This document shows positions 55,917 through 64,000 of a DNA stretch of 64,000 bases, piece after piece (the stretch's first letter is position 1; every line of letters begins with the position of its first letter). The DNA comes from Terriglobia bacterium. Lineage in GTDB: Bacteria; Acidobacteriota; Polarisedimenticolia; Polarisedimenticolales; JAIQFR01. The translations under genes and the position numbers were made by a program. The notes below the pieces were generated by a model, which saw nothing but the letters and a program-made list of their open reading frames with translations, ran no database searches and was not told where the DNA came from. The stretch covers positions 288,001 to 352,000 of the forward strand of contig CAVVHE010000004.1 in the NCBI GenBank assembly GCA_963748015.1, written 5' to 3'.

Positions 55917-56426
55917 ATGAAAAACAGGAATGAGTTGGCGAAGCGGAGGGTGTTCAGGATCGCGGGGAGGTTCGTCGCGGCGATGGCCGGGTTGATCGCC
56001 GGCGGAGCCGCGTGGGCCGTCGTACCCGCCCACTGCGTCGCGCTCGACGTCCCGGCCCCGTTCGTGATGCCGGACGACTCGGTCCACCCGGCCGGCGAGC
56101 TCCGGGTGTGTCTCAATCGCAACTTCAACCCCGTCTCCGGCCTGCACCGGATCTACATCGACGGGATTCCCAGGGGATTCCTCCTGAGCCACATCGCGAA
56201 CGCCGAGATCCCCAAGGATGTCACGCCGTCCGCTCTGTTCTATGGAGAGTCGGGGCGGCTCCGGCTGGTCGGATACACGGTCGCAGCGAACGGAAAAGTC
56301 TTCTCGTACCGGCTGTGGAACGGCCGCGCGGCTTCCGGAGCCGCGATGGCTGCGAAGTCCGGCGGCGCGGACGAAGCGCTGCCGGAACCCGAGTCCCGCG
56401 TTCTCCTGGCCGCGCGCCTCGAATAG
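55917..56426 (+). CDS. Secreted hypothetical protein, paralog B
   Basis: Same length as and colinear with paralog A (VVPAHC...LNRNFNPV...VLLAARLE). Confidence 0.85.
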   Translation: MKNRNELAKRRVFRIAGRFVAAMAGLIAGGAAWAVVPAHCVALDVPAPFVMPDDSVHPAGELRVCLNRNFNPVSGLHRIYIDGIPRGFLLSHIANAEIPKDVTPSALFYGESGRLRLVGYTVAANGKVFSYRLWNGRAASGAAMAAKSGGADEALPEPESRVLLAARLE

Positions 56427-56557
56427 GCCTTGCCCTCCTCCCCCCCTCCCGGCGCGTGAGGGGCCAGGAGAACCGCCGAACGGGCCGCGGGTCGTGACGC
56501 CACACGGAGCGAGCGAATTCGAGAGGCGTCAGACCGGCGGCCCGGCCGGCTTTTTCT
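56426..56557 (-). pseudogene. Decayed third copy of the sigma54-activator HTH 3' end
   Basis: The minus strand reads AGRAAGLTPLEFARSVWRHDPRPVRRFS, followed by the same GGGGGAGGAGGGCAAGGCC tail as 52200-52219. Confidence 0.65.
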
Positions 56558-56709
56558 TTGGCCTCCGGACGGGACTTCGCCGGGGCCCTTGACGCGAGAG
56601 TCCTTCCCGTCGTAAACAGTCGGCATCCGGTCTCTCGTCGGATCGACACGGCACGAAGAGCGTGGCGGTTGCTCGACCATCGGGCGACCGCAAAAGAAAG
56701 GGGGGGGTG

Positions 56710-57129
56710 ATGGCCAACATCCGCGTGTTCTTCCCGCCAGACGGGCCTCCGCAGGTCGATCTTCCGCTTGCAGCGGAACTGAAGGGGCGCAGGGTCAACT
56801 GGCACGTGCACTCTGTGAACCGGGCGGTGAAGAAGGTCAGGATTCGTTTCGAGAAGTTCGAAAAACCGCCCAACGGCTTCCCGCGTGACTTCTTCGGTGA
56901 CCACGGCCGCAACCCGGAGTTCGCCGAGTACACGCAAGACCTGGGTGTATTCATCCCGATGGTCGGGGCGAACGCGATGATCTGGGGCGAGGCGCCCACC
57001 AAAGGCGAGCAGAACTACCGTCCCTACGAGAGGAGAGACAAGTACACCATCTCGGGTCTAGATACCCACGGCAACCTCCTCGAAGGGTGCGAACTCGACC
57101 CCGAGATCATCACGGACGATCCTCCGTGA
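56710..57129 (+). CDS. Small hypothetical beta-rich protein ending KYTI...LDPEII
   Basis: Purine-rich RBS region and non-shadow composition; convergent with the Ser/Thr kinase. Confidence 0.7.
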   Translation: MANIRVFFPPDGPPQVDLPLAAELKGRRVNWHVHSVNRAVKKVRIRFEKFEKPPNGFPRDFFGDHGRNPEFAEYTQDLGVFIPMVGANAMIWGEAPTKGEQNYRPYERRDKYTISGLDTHGNLLEGCELDPEIITDDPP

Positions 57130-57159
57130 CGTCGTCTCCCGGAGCGTCGCGCTGCGGGA

Positions 57160-59364
57160 TCAGCTGGTGAGGTCGAGGATCCGGCGATATCGAGGGTTGG
57201 AGGCGAGAGAGGGAAGGACGGGGTCGTTCTCGATCAGGGCCTTCTTGAGCCCGAGTTTCACCGCCTTCTCGAGCCAGTCCAGGGCCGCGTCGGGTCTTCC
57301 CGCCAGGCACTGAATGACGGCGTGCTGGAAATCCACGTCGGCGCTCTCGGCCTGAGTCCGGACGGCCCATTCGTCCTGCTCCAGTGCGCACGGCAGGTCG
57401 CCGGCGCGCGCGCAGTACATCCCGAGGGTCATCCTCGCGTTTCCGTCGCGCGGGGTCGTCTCGACGTCCTTTCTGGCAAGAGCCACGGCCTCCAAGTAGG
57501 CCTGGCGGGCCTCGTCCTGTTTGCCCAGCATCGTTAGCGCGTCGCCCAGGTTGGCGCGGTGGGTCGCCTTTGCAGGCTGTATCACCGCCGCGCGTCGGTA
57601 GGTCGCCGCCGCCTGGTCGAATCGCTTGCCGTAGTAGTAGGCCGTGCCGAGATTCGACAGCGCGCTCCCGTTTTCCTCGATCTCGAGCGAGCGCTCGAAC
57701 GGCAGGATGGCGTCCGCCGGCCGGTTCAGGTACAGGTACATCGCGCCGAGGTTGTTCCAGGCCATCGTGCTCCTCGGGTTCATCTCGATGGCCTTGGCAT
57801 ACGCCCTGGCGGCCTCGTCGTACTCCTTGAAGGTCTGCAGGAAGCGCCCCAGGAGGATCTGGTCGTTCGCGCTGCTCGGCTCCAGCGCGATCGCGTGCCG
57901 TATTGCGTCGAGGCCACACTCGTAGTCCCGCAACTCGCGGCAGGCCTTGTGAAGGTCGATCCAGGCCCCGTGCATGTTCGGGCTCCGGGCGACCACGGTG
58001 GTGAGAATGGTCCTCGCCGCCGTGAAATCCTTCAGCTCGAGGAATCCCCGGCCCTTCATGCTCAGCGCTTCCGGGAGGTTCGAGTCGATCTGAAGGGCTT
58101 GGTCTACGGCCCTCTCCGCTTCTTCCTTCGATGCGGCATCCTTTGTCCTGTTGAACCGGGTCCAGTACGTCCGCCCGAGAGCGGCCCAGGCAAGCGCGTA
58201 CCGCGGCTCCTCCGCGGTCGCGTTGCGGAACATCACGGCCGCGGTGTCGAAGTCTTCCACCTTGGCATCGCTCTTCTCGAGGTACTCCATTCCACGCTTG
58301 TAGAACCCCACCGCCTCCAGACTCGGCCGCCACTCGGGACGGGGCGCGCCCCCGGTCACGGCCCGCCAAACGAGGAAACCGACGAGCAGCGCCGCGGGGA
58401 TCCCGAGGACGACCAGAAGACGGAACCGCCAGGGCGAGTGCACCGGCGCGGGCTGCGGGGGGCCGGTCGGGACGTCGAGAAGACGCTGCAGCGCGACGAG
58501 GTCCGAGATGAGGTCCTCCGCGTCCTGGTACCGCTCTTCGGGCCGCTTCGCGAGGCACTTTCGGATGATCCGCTCCAGCTCCTGCGGGATCTCGTAGGTG
58601 TGCCGGGAGATCGCCTCGGGCTCGCGATGGAGGATCGCGTCCAGCATCTCTCCCTGCGGCGACGTGACGAAGGCCTTCTTCCCCGTGCAGGCCTCGTAGA
58701 GAAGCGCGCCGAACGAGAAGATGTCGGTTCTCGGATCCACGGGCTGGCCGAGCACCTGCTCGGGGGACATGTACCCCGGCGTTCCGACCACGTGCCCCGA
58801 CAGGCTGAGAGACGACGACTCCGTGGAGGCGGTGGTCTCGTCTCCCGGGGCGACGAAGCCGCGGGCCAGGCCGAAGTCGGTCAGACGCGCGAGGCCGTCC
58901 TTGCCGATGAGAACGTTCCTCGGCGTGAGGTCGCGGTGGAGGATGCGCTTGTGGTGGGCGGCCTGCAGCGCCCCGGCGAGCCCGATCGCGTGCTTCACGA
59001 CATCCGCGCAGGGGAGAGGGCCGTCCTTGTCCAGGATCTCGCGCAGGCTGCGCCCTTCGACCAGCTCCATGGCGAGCCACGGCCTGCCCTCGTGCTCGAA
59101 GACGTCGAAGATGTGGACCGCGTTGGGGTGCGAGAGGGCGGACGCGGAGCGGGCCTCGCGGAAGAAGCGCCGCCGCACCTCGGTGTCCTGGCCGATGTCC
59201 GGGCGGGGACACTTCAGCGCGACGTCCCGCCCTAGGTTGAGGTTCCTCGCGCGGTACACTATCCCCATGCCGCCGCGGCCGATCTCCGACAAGATCTCGT
59301 AGTGCGAGATCCTCTGGCCTGGCGCGGGCTCCACCGAGGACGCGGGACCTGAGAATTCCGGCAT
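57160..59364 (-). CDS. Hanks-type Ser/Thr kinase with TM helix and extracytoplasmic TPRs
   Basis: GRGGMGIVY, VALK, HRDLTPRN, DFGLA, GTPGYMSPEQ, DIFSFG, a TM helix and TPR repeats. Confidence 0.93.
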   Translation of the reverse strand: MPEFSGPASSVEPAPGQRISHYEILSEIGRGGMGIVYRARNLNLGRDVALKCPRPDIGQDTEVRRRFFREARSASALSHPNAVHIFDVFEHEGRPWLAMELVEGRSLREILDKDGPLPCADVVKHAIGLAGALQAAHHKRILHRDLTPRNVLIGKDGLARLTDFGLARGFVAPGDETTASTESSSLSLSGHVVGTPGYMSPEQVLGQPVDPRTDIFSFGALLYEACTGKKAFVTSPQGEMLDAILHREPEAISRHTYEIPQELERIIRKCLAKRPEERYQDAEDLISDLVALQRLLDVPTGPPQPAPVHSPWRFRLLVVLGIPAALLVGFLVWRAVTGGAPRPEWRPSLEAVGFYKRGMEYLEKSDAKVEDFDTAAVMFRNATAEEPRYALAWAALGRTYWTRFNRTKDAASKEEAERAVDQALQIDSNLPEALSMKGRGFLELKDFTAARTILTTVVARSPNMHGAWIDLHKACRELRDYECGLDAIRHAIALEPSSANDQILLGRFLQTFKEYDEAARAYAKAIEMNPRSTMAWNNLGAMYLYLNRPADAILPFERSLEIEENGSALSNLGTAYYYGKRFDQAAATYRRAAVIQPAKATHRANLGDALTMLGKQDEARQAYLEAVALARKDVETTPRDGNARMTLGMYCARAGDLPCALEQDEWAVRTQAESADVDFQHAVIQCLAGRPDAALDWLEKAVKLGLKKALIENDPVLPSLASNPRYRRILDLTS

Positions 59365-59459
59365 CGGCTCGCCCCCCGGTACCAGAACGGCCGTACTCCC
59401 GGCGAGCTACTGCTTCGGCCCGACTCTAGCACGAAAGGGGCTGAATTCGGAGGTTTCTC

Positions 59460-62400
59460 CTACCGCGTTGTCGGGAACGGGGGCCGCTGCGGCGCGGGCC
59501 GGGGCTCCTCGGCGATCTTCTTCATGAGGTACTCGACCGCCTTCATGAGCTGCGCGTCGTACCCCTTCGCCATGCCAGCCGGGTCGAGGTCCGCCGTGAT
59601 GTCCGGCTCGACCCCCTCGTTCTCGATCACCCACTTCCCGTCGGTCGAGTAGACCCGGTAGTCGGGGGCCGTGAAGGAGCCGCCGTCCACCAGCGGCGTG
59701 AACATCGAGACCCCGACGAGGCCGCCCCAGGTTCGGGTGCCGATGACCGGTCCCATCTTCTTGAGCTGGAACTCCGCGGGGAGCATGTCGCCGCCCGAGC
59801 CGGCCTGCCGGTTCGTCAGCATCGCCTTGTGCGCCCGCGTGGCGACGAGCGGCGTCGCGTAGTCTCGCGAGTACCGCCGCGTCCAGTAGAAGAGGACCGG
59901 GCTGTCCATCCGGTTGAGGAACGGGTCGGGGTCGAGGCCGCCCGCGTTGAACCGCCCGTCCACGATCAGCCCTTCCTTCCGCGTCTGCCCGTACCAGTAG
60001 AGCGGGAACATCTCCGCCGATCCGGTGAACGTGTCGGGGAGGTGCAGGTAGCCGATCTTCCCGCCCGAGGCGGCCTCGACCGTCTTGAGATTGCGGTCGA
60101 GCCAGTCGAGATACCGGAACTTGGACTCGTCGGCGACGGGGACGGCAAGGACGTCGCGAGGGCTCGCGGCCTTCCCGCCCGAGGCGAGCGTGAGACGGAC
60201 CGGCCTGTCGGCCAGCCCCTGGAACGCCGCGTAGATTTCCCCCGCGATCGTGACCTCGCGGCCGTCCACCGCGATCAGGTAATCGCCTTCCTTGGCGTCG
60301 ACGCCCGGCGCCGCAAGCGGCGGGACCGCGCCCGTCGTCCAGTCGGGAGCGCGCAGGATCCGCGCGATCCTGTAGCGGCCGGCGGCGGTGTCAGCGGCCC
60401 AGTCGACCCCCAGCATCCCGACGGCAACCGGCTCGGGCTTGCGATGGCGGTCGCCCCCGTAGACGTACGTGTGGGACGTCGCCAGCTCCCCGATCAGCTC
60501 GCCGATCGTCCACCGGATCTCGGCCCGGCTCACCGCCGCGTCGATCAGCGGCTCGTACTTCTTCCCGATCGCGGCCCAGTCGAGTCCGTGCATCCCGGGC
60601 TCGTAGTAGTAGTCTCGCTCGGTGCGCCAGACCTCGCGGTAGATCTGCTTCCACTCGGCGCGCGGGTCGATGGTCATGGTGAGGTCCGCCAGGTCGATCG
60701 GCTCCGCCTTCGACTTCTCCTCTCCGGCGTCCGCCATCCCGATCTCGCTCCCCTTGCGCCAGACCAGCACCTTCCCGTCGGAGGAGAGCGCGTAGTCGTC
60801 CACGGCCTCGAGGACGGTGCGGGTCTTCCGCTCCTCGAGGTCGAAGGCCGCGAGCTTGCGGGTCCCGGGCTCGCGGATGTCGAACCGGTTGAAGTCCCCT
60901 TCGTCCCCGTCGAGGAAGAACAGGAGTCCCTTCCCCACGCCGAGCTCGCGGTAGTTGCCGCGGGGCAGCGGCAGGGGCTCGACGCGTCCCTCGATCCCGT
61001 CGAAGTCCACGACCGTCTTCGTCGGATTCTCCTTCGCCTCCGGGCCCTTCTCGGCCTCGAATCCCGCCTTCTCCTTCCACTTGGGCTTCCGGGGCTCGTC
61101 GCCGGTCTTCGGGGGGAGGAGCGCCGGGGCGCCCGCGCGGAGGGACAGGGCGTAGAGCCCGGCGACCTTCTTGTAGACCAGCTCGAAGTCCATGTCGCTG
61201 TAGGTCGGGTCGAAGCGGCGATTGCTCACGAAGAACAGCCGCTGCCCGTCCTCGGAGAAGACCGGTCCGAAGGAGTCGAGCAGGCCCGCGGTCACGGGCT
61301 TCGTCTCTTTCCTGTCGAGGGAGTGGATCCAGATGCGGTTGACGAGGTCGGCACCCATCTTGGTGTACGCGAGGAACCGGCCGTCGGGGGACCACGCGTG
61401 GTCGAAGATCGGCTTCGCGTCGATCGCCAGGTCCATGGCCTCGTACTCGGCCTGGTCCACCTTCGTGATCTGCTTGGTGTCCACGTCCACGTAGGAGAGG
61501 GTCAGCGTCTGGTCGGTGAACGCGAGCTTCTTGGAGTCGGGCGACCAGCGGAGCGCGAAGCGGTAGCCCTCCTTGTGCGTCGTCAGCCGGGCCGGCTTGC
61601 CCTTCCCGAGCGGATCGGCGAGCCAGATCTCGTACTCGCCGCCGCGGTCGGAAAAGAACGCGATCCACTTCCCGTCGGGGGACCAGGCCGCGTCCTTGTC
61701 TCGGGAGCCGGGGTCGCGCGAGAGGTTTCGGATCATCCCTTTCTCGCGGGGGACGGTGAAGACGTCGCCCCGGGCCACCACGACCGCGCGCGCGCCGTCC
61801 GGGGAAAGGCCGATCTGGGTGATCCAGTCCTTGACGTTCTTCACGTAGGGGCGGGTCTCCGGCGAGTCCTGGAGGATCTCGAAGGCGACCTGCTTCGCCT
61901 GGCCGCTCGCGGTGTCGAAGACCTCGAGCCCTCCGGCGCGGTCGAAGACGATCCTGCCGCCGCCGTCCGACGGCCGGCCGGCGTCGTAGTCGGTGTAGCG
62001 CGTGAGCTGCTTCTGCTGCCCGCCCTTCGGGTCGAGGGAGTAGAGGTTCAGCACGCCGTCCGGGTCGGCCTCGAAGTAGATCGTGCCGCCGATCCACATC
62101 GGGAACCGCTCGGTCCCGCGGGCGTCGGTCAGGCGACGGTCCGCGCCGGTGCGGAAATCGTACAGGTAGAGGTCGGGAGCGAGGCCGCCGCGGTAGCGCT
62201 TCCAGGTCCGGTCCTCGGTCGCGACGCGCGTGTAGGCGATCTGCGAGGCATCCGGCGAGTAGCTGCCCCAGCCGGCCTCCGGAAGCGGCAGCGCCTCGAG
62301 CCCCGAGCCGTCGGGAGCGATCAGGTAGAGGCGGGTGAAGCGGCTGTAGGCGTCGCGTCCCGACCTGAAGAGGATCTTGCCGCTCACGGGATGCCAGCCG

Positions 62401-62753
62401 ACGACCTCGTCGCGTCCGGGGTGGTAGGTGACGCGGGTGATGTCGCCCCCCTCGGTATTCATGACGTAGACGTCGGTGTTGCCGTCGTACTCGGCCGTGA
62501 AGGCGATCCGCTTCCCGTCGGGAGAGAACTTCGGGTACCGCTCCTCCCCCTCGTGGAAGGTGATCCGCTTCGCGACGCCCCCGGCGGCCGGGACGGTCCA
62601 GATGTCCTCGGCGTGGACGAAGGCGATCAGGTCGCCGTGGATGTCCGGCTGCGAGGCAAGGGCCTTCGGCGCGGCGGCGAGGACGCCGGGCATGGCGGGC
62701 AGGACGAGGGCTGCGAGCAGGAGGGGCAGCGCGACTCGAGCTGAGATCTGCAT
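59460..62753 (-). CDS. Second tricorn-like protease (S41)
   Basis: Signal peptide; WKRYRGG, GELATSHTY, GSGGD and RTWGGLVG motifs. Confidence 0.94.
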   Translation of the reverse strand: MQISARVALPLLLAALVLPAMPGVLAAAPKALASQPDIHGDLIAFVHAEDIWTVPAAGGVAKRITFHEGEERYPKFSPDGKRIAFTAEYDGNTDVYVMNTEGGDITRVTYHPGRDEVVGWHPVSGKILFRSGRDAYSRFTRLYLIAPDGSGLEALPLPEAGWGSYSPDASQIAYTRVATEDRTWKRYRGGLAPDLYLYDFRTGADRRLTDARGTERFPMWIGGTIYFEADPDGVLNLYSLDPKGGQQKQLTRYTDYDAGRPSDGGGRIVFDRAGGLEVFDTASGQAKQVAFEILQDSPETRPYVKNVKDWITQIGLSPDGARAVVVARGDVFTVPREKGMIRNLSRDPGSRDKDAAWSPDGKWIAFFSDRGGEYEIWLADPLGKGKPARLTTHKEGYRFALRWSPDSKKLAFTDQTLTLSYVDVDTKQITKVDQAEYEAMDLAIDAKPIFDHAWSPDGRFLAYTKMGADLVNRIWIHSLDRKETKPVTAGLLDSFGPVFSEDGQRLFFVSNRRFDPTYSDMDFELVYKKVAGLYALSLRAGAPALLPPKTGDEPRKPKWKEKAGFEAEKGPEAKENPTKTVVDFDGIEGRVEPLPLPRGNYRELGVGKGLLFFLDGDEGDFNRFDIREPGTRKLAAFDLEERKTRTVLEAVDDYALSSDGKVLVWRKGSEIGMADAGEEKSKAEPIDLADLTMTIDPRAEWKQIYREVWRTERDYYYEPGMHGLDWAAIGKKYEPLIDAAVSRAEIRWTIGELIGELATSHTYVYGGDRHRKPEPVAVGMLGVDWAADTAAGRYRIARILRAPDWTTGAVPPLAAPGVDAKEGDYLIAVDGREVTIAGEIYAAFQGLADRPVRLTLASGGKAASPRDVLAVPVADESKFRYLDWLDRNLKTVEAASGGKIGYLHLPDTFTGSAEMFPLYWYGQTRKEGLIVDGRFNAGGLDPDPFLNRMDSPVLFYWTRRYSRDYATPLVATRAHKAMLTNRQAGSGGDMLPAEFQLKKMGPVIGTRTWGGLVGVSMFTPLVDGGSFTAPDYRVYSTDGKWVIENEGVEPDITADLDPAGMAKGYDAQLMKAVEYLMKKIAEEPRPAPQRPPFPTTR

Positions 62754-62918
62754 GGGTCGAGATCCTCCAGAAAGCGGATTTCGCGGGCATGGTATACGGA
62801 ATCGCGTCCTCGGGGTTGCCTCGCCCGGCCGGCCTGAAACCCGCACGGACCGGGCACGTTATAGTGAGCGGCGCGAGCCGCCTCGCATCGCCGATTCCGG
62901 ATTCCGGAAGGGGGGAGC

Positions 62919-63851
62919 GTGACGCAGACCGCCGAGACCGGCGACGTCCTGATCGAGACCCAGGGCCTCACCCGATGCTTCGGCGAGGAGACGGCGGTGG
63001 ACCGTCTCGCGCTCAAGGTTCCGGCCGCGAGCGTCTTCGGATTCCTCGGACCGAACGGAGCGGGCAAGACCACCACCATCCGGATGCTCCTGGGGCTGAT
63101 CCGCCCCACCTCGGGAGAGGTGAGGTTGTTCGGCCGGCCGCTCGACGGCCACCGCCTCGACCTGCTCCGGCGGGTCGGCGCGCTGGTCGAGACCCCGAGC
63201 CTCTATCCGCAGTTGACCGGCCGCGAGAACCTGGAGGTCACCCGGCGCCTGCTCGACCTGCCGAAGAGCGCCATCGACCGGGCCCTCGATCTCGTGCGGA
63301 TGCGGTACGCGGCCGGGAAGCTCGTGCGCCATTACTCTCTGGGGATGCGCCAGCGCCTTGGCCTGGCCCTGTCCCTGCTGGCGGAGCCGTCGCTGCTGAT
63401 CCTCGACGAGCCGACCAACGGCCTCGACCCGGCCGGAATCCACGAGATCCGCGGCTTGATCGCCGCGCTGCCGCGAGAGCACGGCATGACCGTCTTCCTC
63501 TCGAGCCATCTCCTTAGCGAGGTCGAGCAGACGGCGAGCCATCTGGCGATCATCCATCGCGGCAAGCTGCTGTTCCAGGGCACGCTGGAGGCGCTTCAGG
63601 CCTGCCGCCGCAATCGGCTGGTGCTGGGCGTGGAGCGGCCCGAGGAGGCCCGCCGCCTCCTCGCCGCGGCCGGATGGCGGCTCTTGCCGGCGCAGGGCGA
63701 GCTGCTTCACGTCGAGGCCTCGGATGCCGCCGAGGCGGCGCGGGCGAACCGGTTGCTGGTGGAGGCCGGGCTGAACGTGACGCACGTCTCCCTGGAGCAG
63801 CCTTCCCTCGAGGAGACGTTCCTCAGCCTGACCGCGGAGGACGAGAGATGA
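62919..63851 (+). CDS. ABC exporter ATP-binding subunit (BcrA/LanF-like)
   Basis: GPNGAGKTT, YSLGMRQRLG, LDEPTNGLDP and SSHLLSEVE motifs. Confidence 0.92.
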   Translation: MTQTAETGDVLIETQGLTRCFGEETAVDRLALKVPAASVFGFLGPNGAGKTTTIRMLLGLIRPTSGEVRLFGRPLDGHRLDLLRRVGALVETPSLYPQLTGRENLEVTRRLLDLPKSAIDRALDLVRMRYAAGKLVRHYSLGMRQRLGLALSLLAEPSLLILDEPTNGLDPAGIHEIRGLIAALPREHGMTVFLSSHLLSEVEQTASHLAIIHRGKLLFQGTLEALQACRRNRLVLGVERPEEARRLLAAAGWRLLPAQGELLHVEASDAAEAARANRLLVEAGLNVTHVSLEQPSLEETFLSLTAEDER

Positions 63852-64000
63852 CCCACCTGCTGCGCGCGCTGAGTGCCGAGGTGCTGAAGACCAGGCGAAC
63901 GCTCGCGCTCTGGATGGCGGTCCTCACCCCGGTGATCGTGTGCTTCGTGCAGGCCATGATCCTGCTTCGCTGGAAGGGACCCTTCGGCGGCGCGAAGGTC
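63848..64000 (+). CDS. ABC permease (LanE/LanG-like), partial at the right edge
   Basis: MTHLLRALSAEVLKTRRT followed by a TM helix; ATGA overlap with the ATPase. Confidence 0.8.
   Translation, partial: MTHLLRALSAEVLKTRRTLALWMAVLTPVIVCFVQAMILLRWKGPFGGAKV

Noticed and set aside
56648..56665. Sigma54 promoter (GGCACG) before the small orphan gene
   Set aside because: It has GT rather than GC at the -12 position.
62919..64000. Lanthipeptide biosynthetic cluster
   Set aside because: Only an immunity-like ABC pair is visible; no lanB/C/M or precursor is in the window.

Overview
This is a very GC-rich, gene-dense bacterial window. The gene repertoire suggests Acidobacteriota, which is an inference from gene content only. 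From left to right it contains: (1) a sigma54-type operon with two GcvH-like proteins lacking the lipoyl lysine, a HybA-like ferredoxin, a HybB/NrfD membrane protein fused to a triheme c7-type cytochrome, a CxxCH-containing sensor kinase and a response regulator, but no catalytic subunit; (2) a complete rrf2-sufBCDSU-sufT operon; (3) a ~1130-aa unknown protein with asnB and an ArnT-like glycosyltransferase; (4) a radical SAM enzyme; (5) an AmmeMemoRadiSam/DUF362/polyferredoxin cluster in which nearly every protein, including the radical SAM enzyme, carries an export signal, interrupted by a split fumarase/tartrate dehydratase pair; (6) FRG, SpeE-like and Bcp genes; (7) a 13-heme cytochrome c paired with an outer-membrane beta-barrel; (8) a prolyl oligopeptidase, asnA, a glnA-like gene, two tricorn proteases, a TMTC-like GT-C, ferritin-family genes and menA; (9) a sensor-less sigma54 activator with variant copies of its HTH helix, plus an inverted duplication of a sigma54 promoter, enhancer and secreted-protein gene; (10) a Ser/Thr kinase-TPR and an ABC exporter. 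No rRNA, tRNA, CRISPR array or transposase was recognised. The best candidates for undescribed systems are the exported AmmeMemoRadiSam cluster, the non-lipoylated GcvH/heme-sensor redox operon, and the sigma54 activator with its duplicated target module. All family calls come from motif recognition by eye; no database searches were run.
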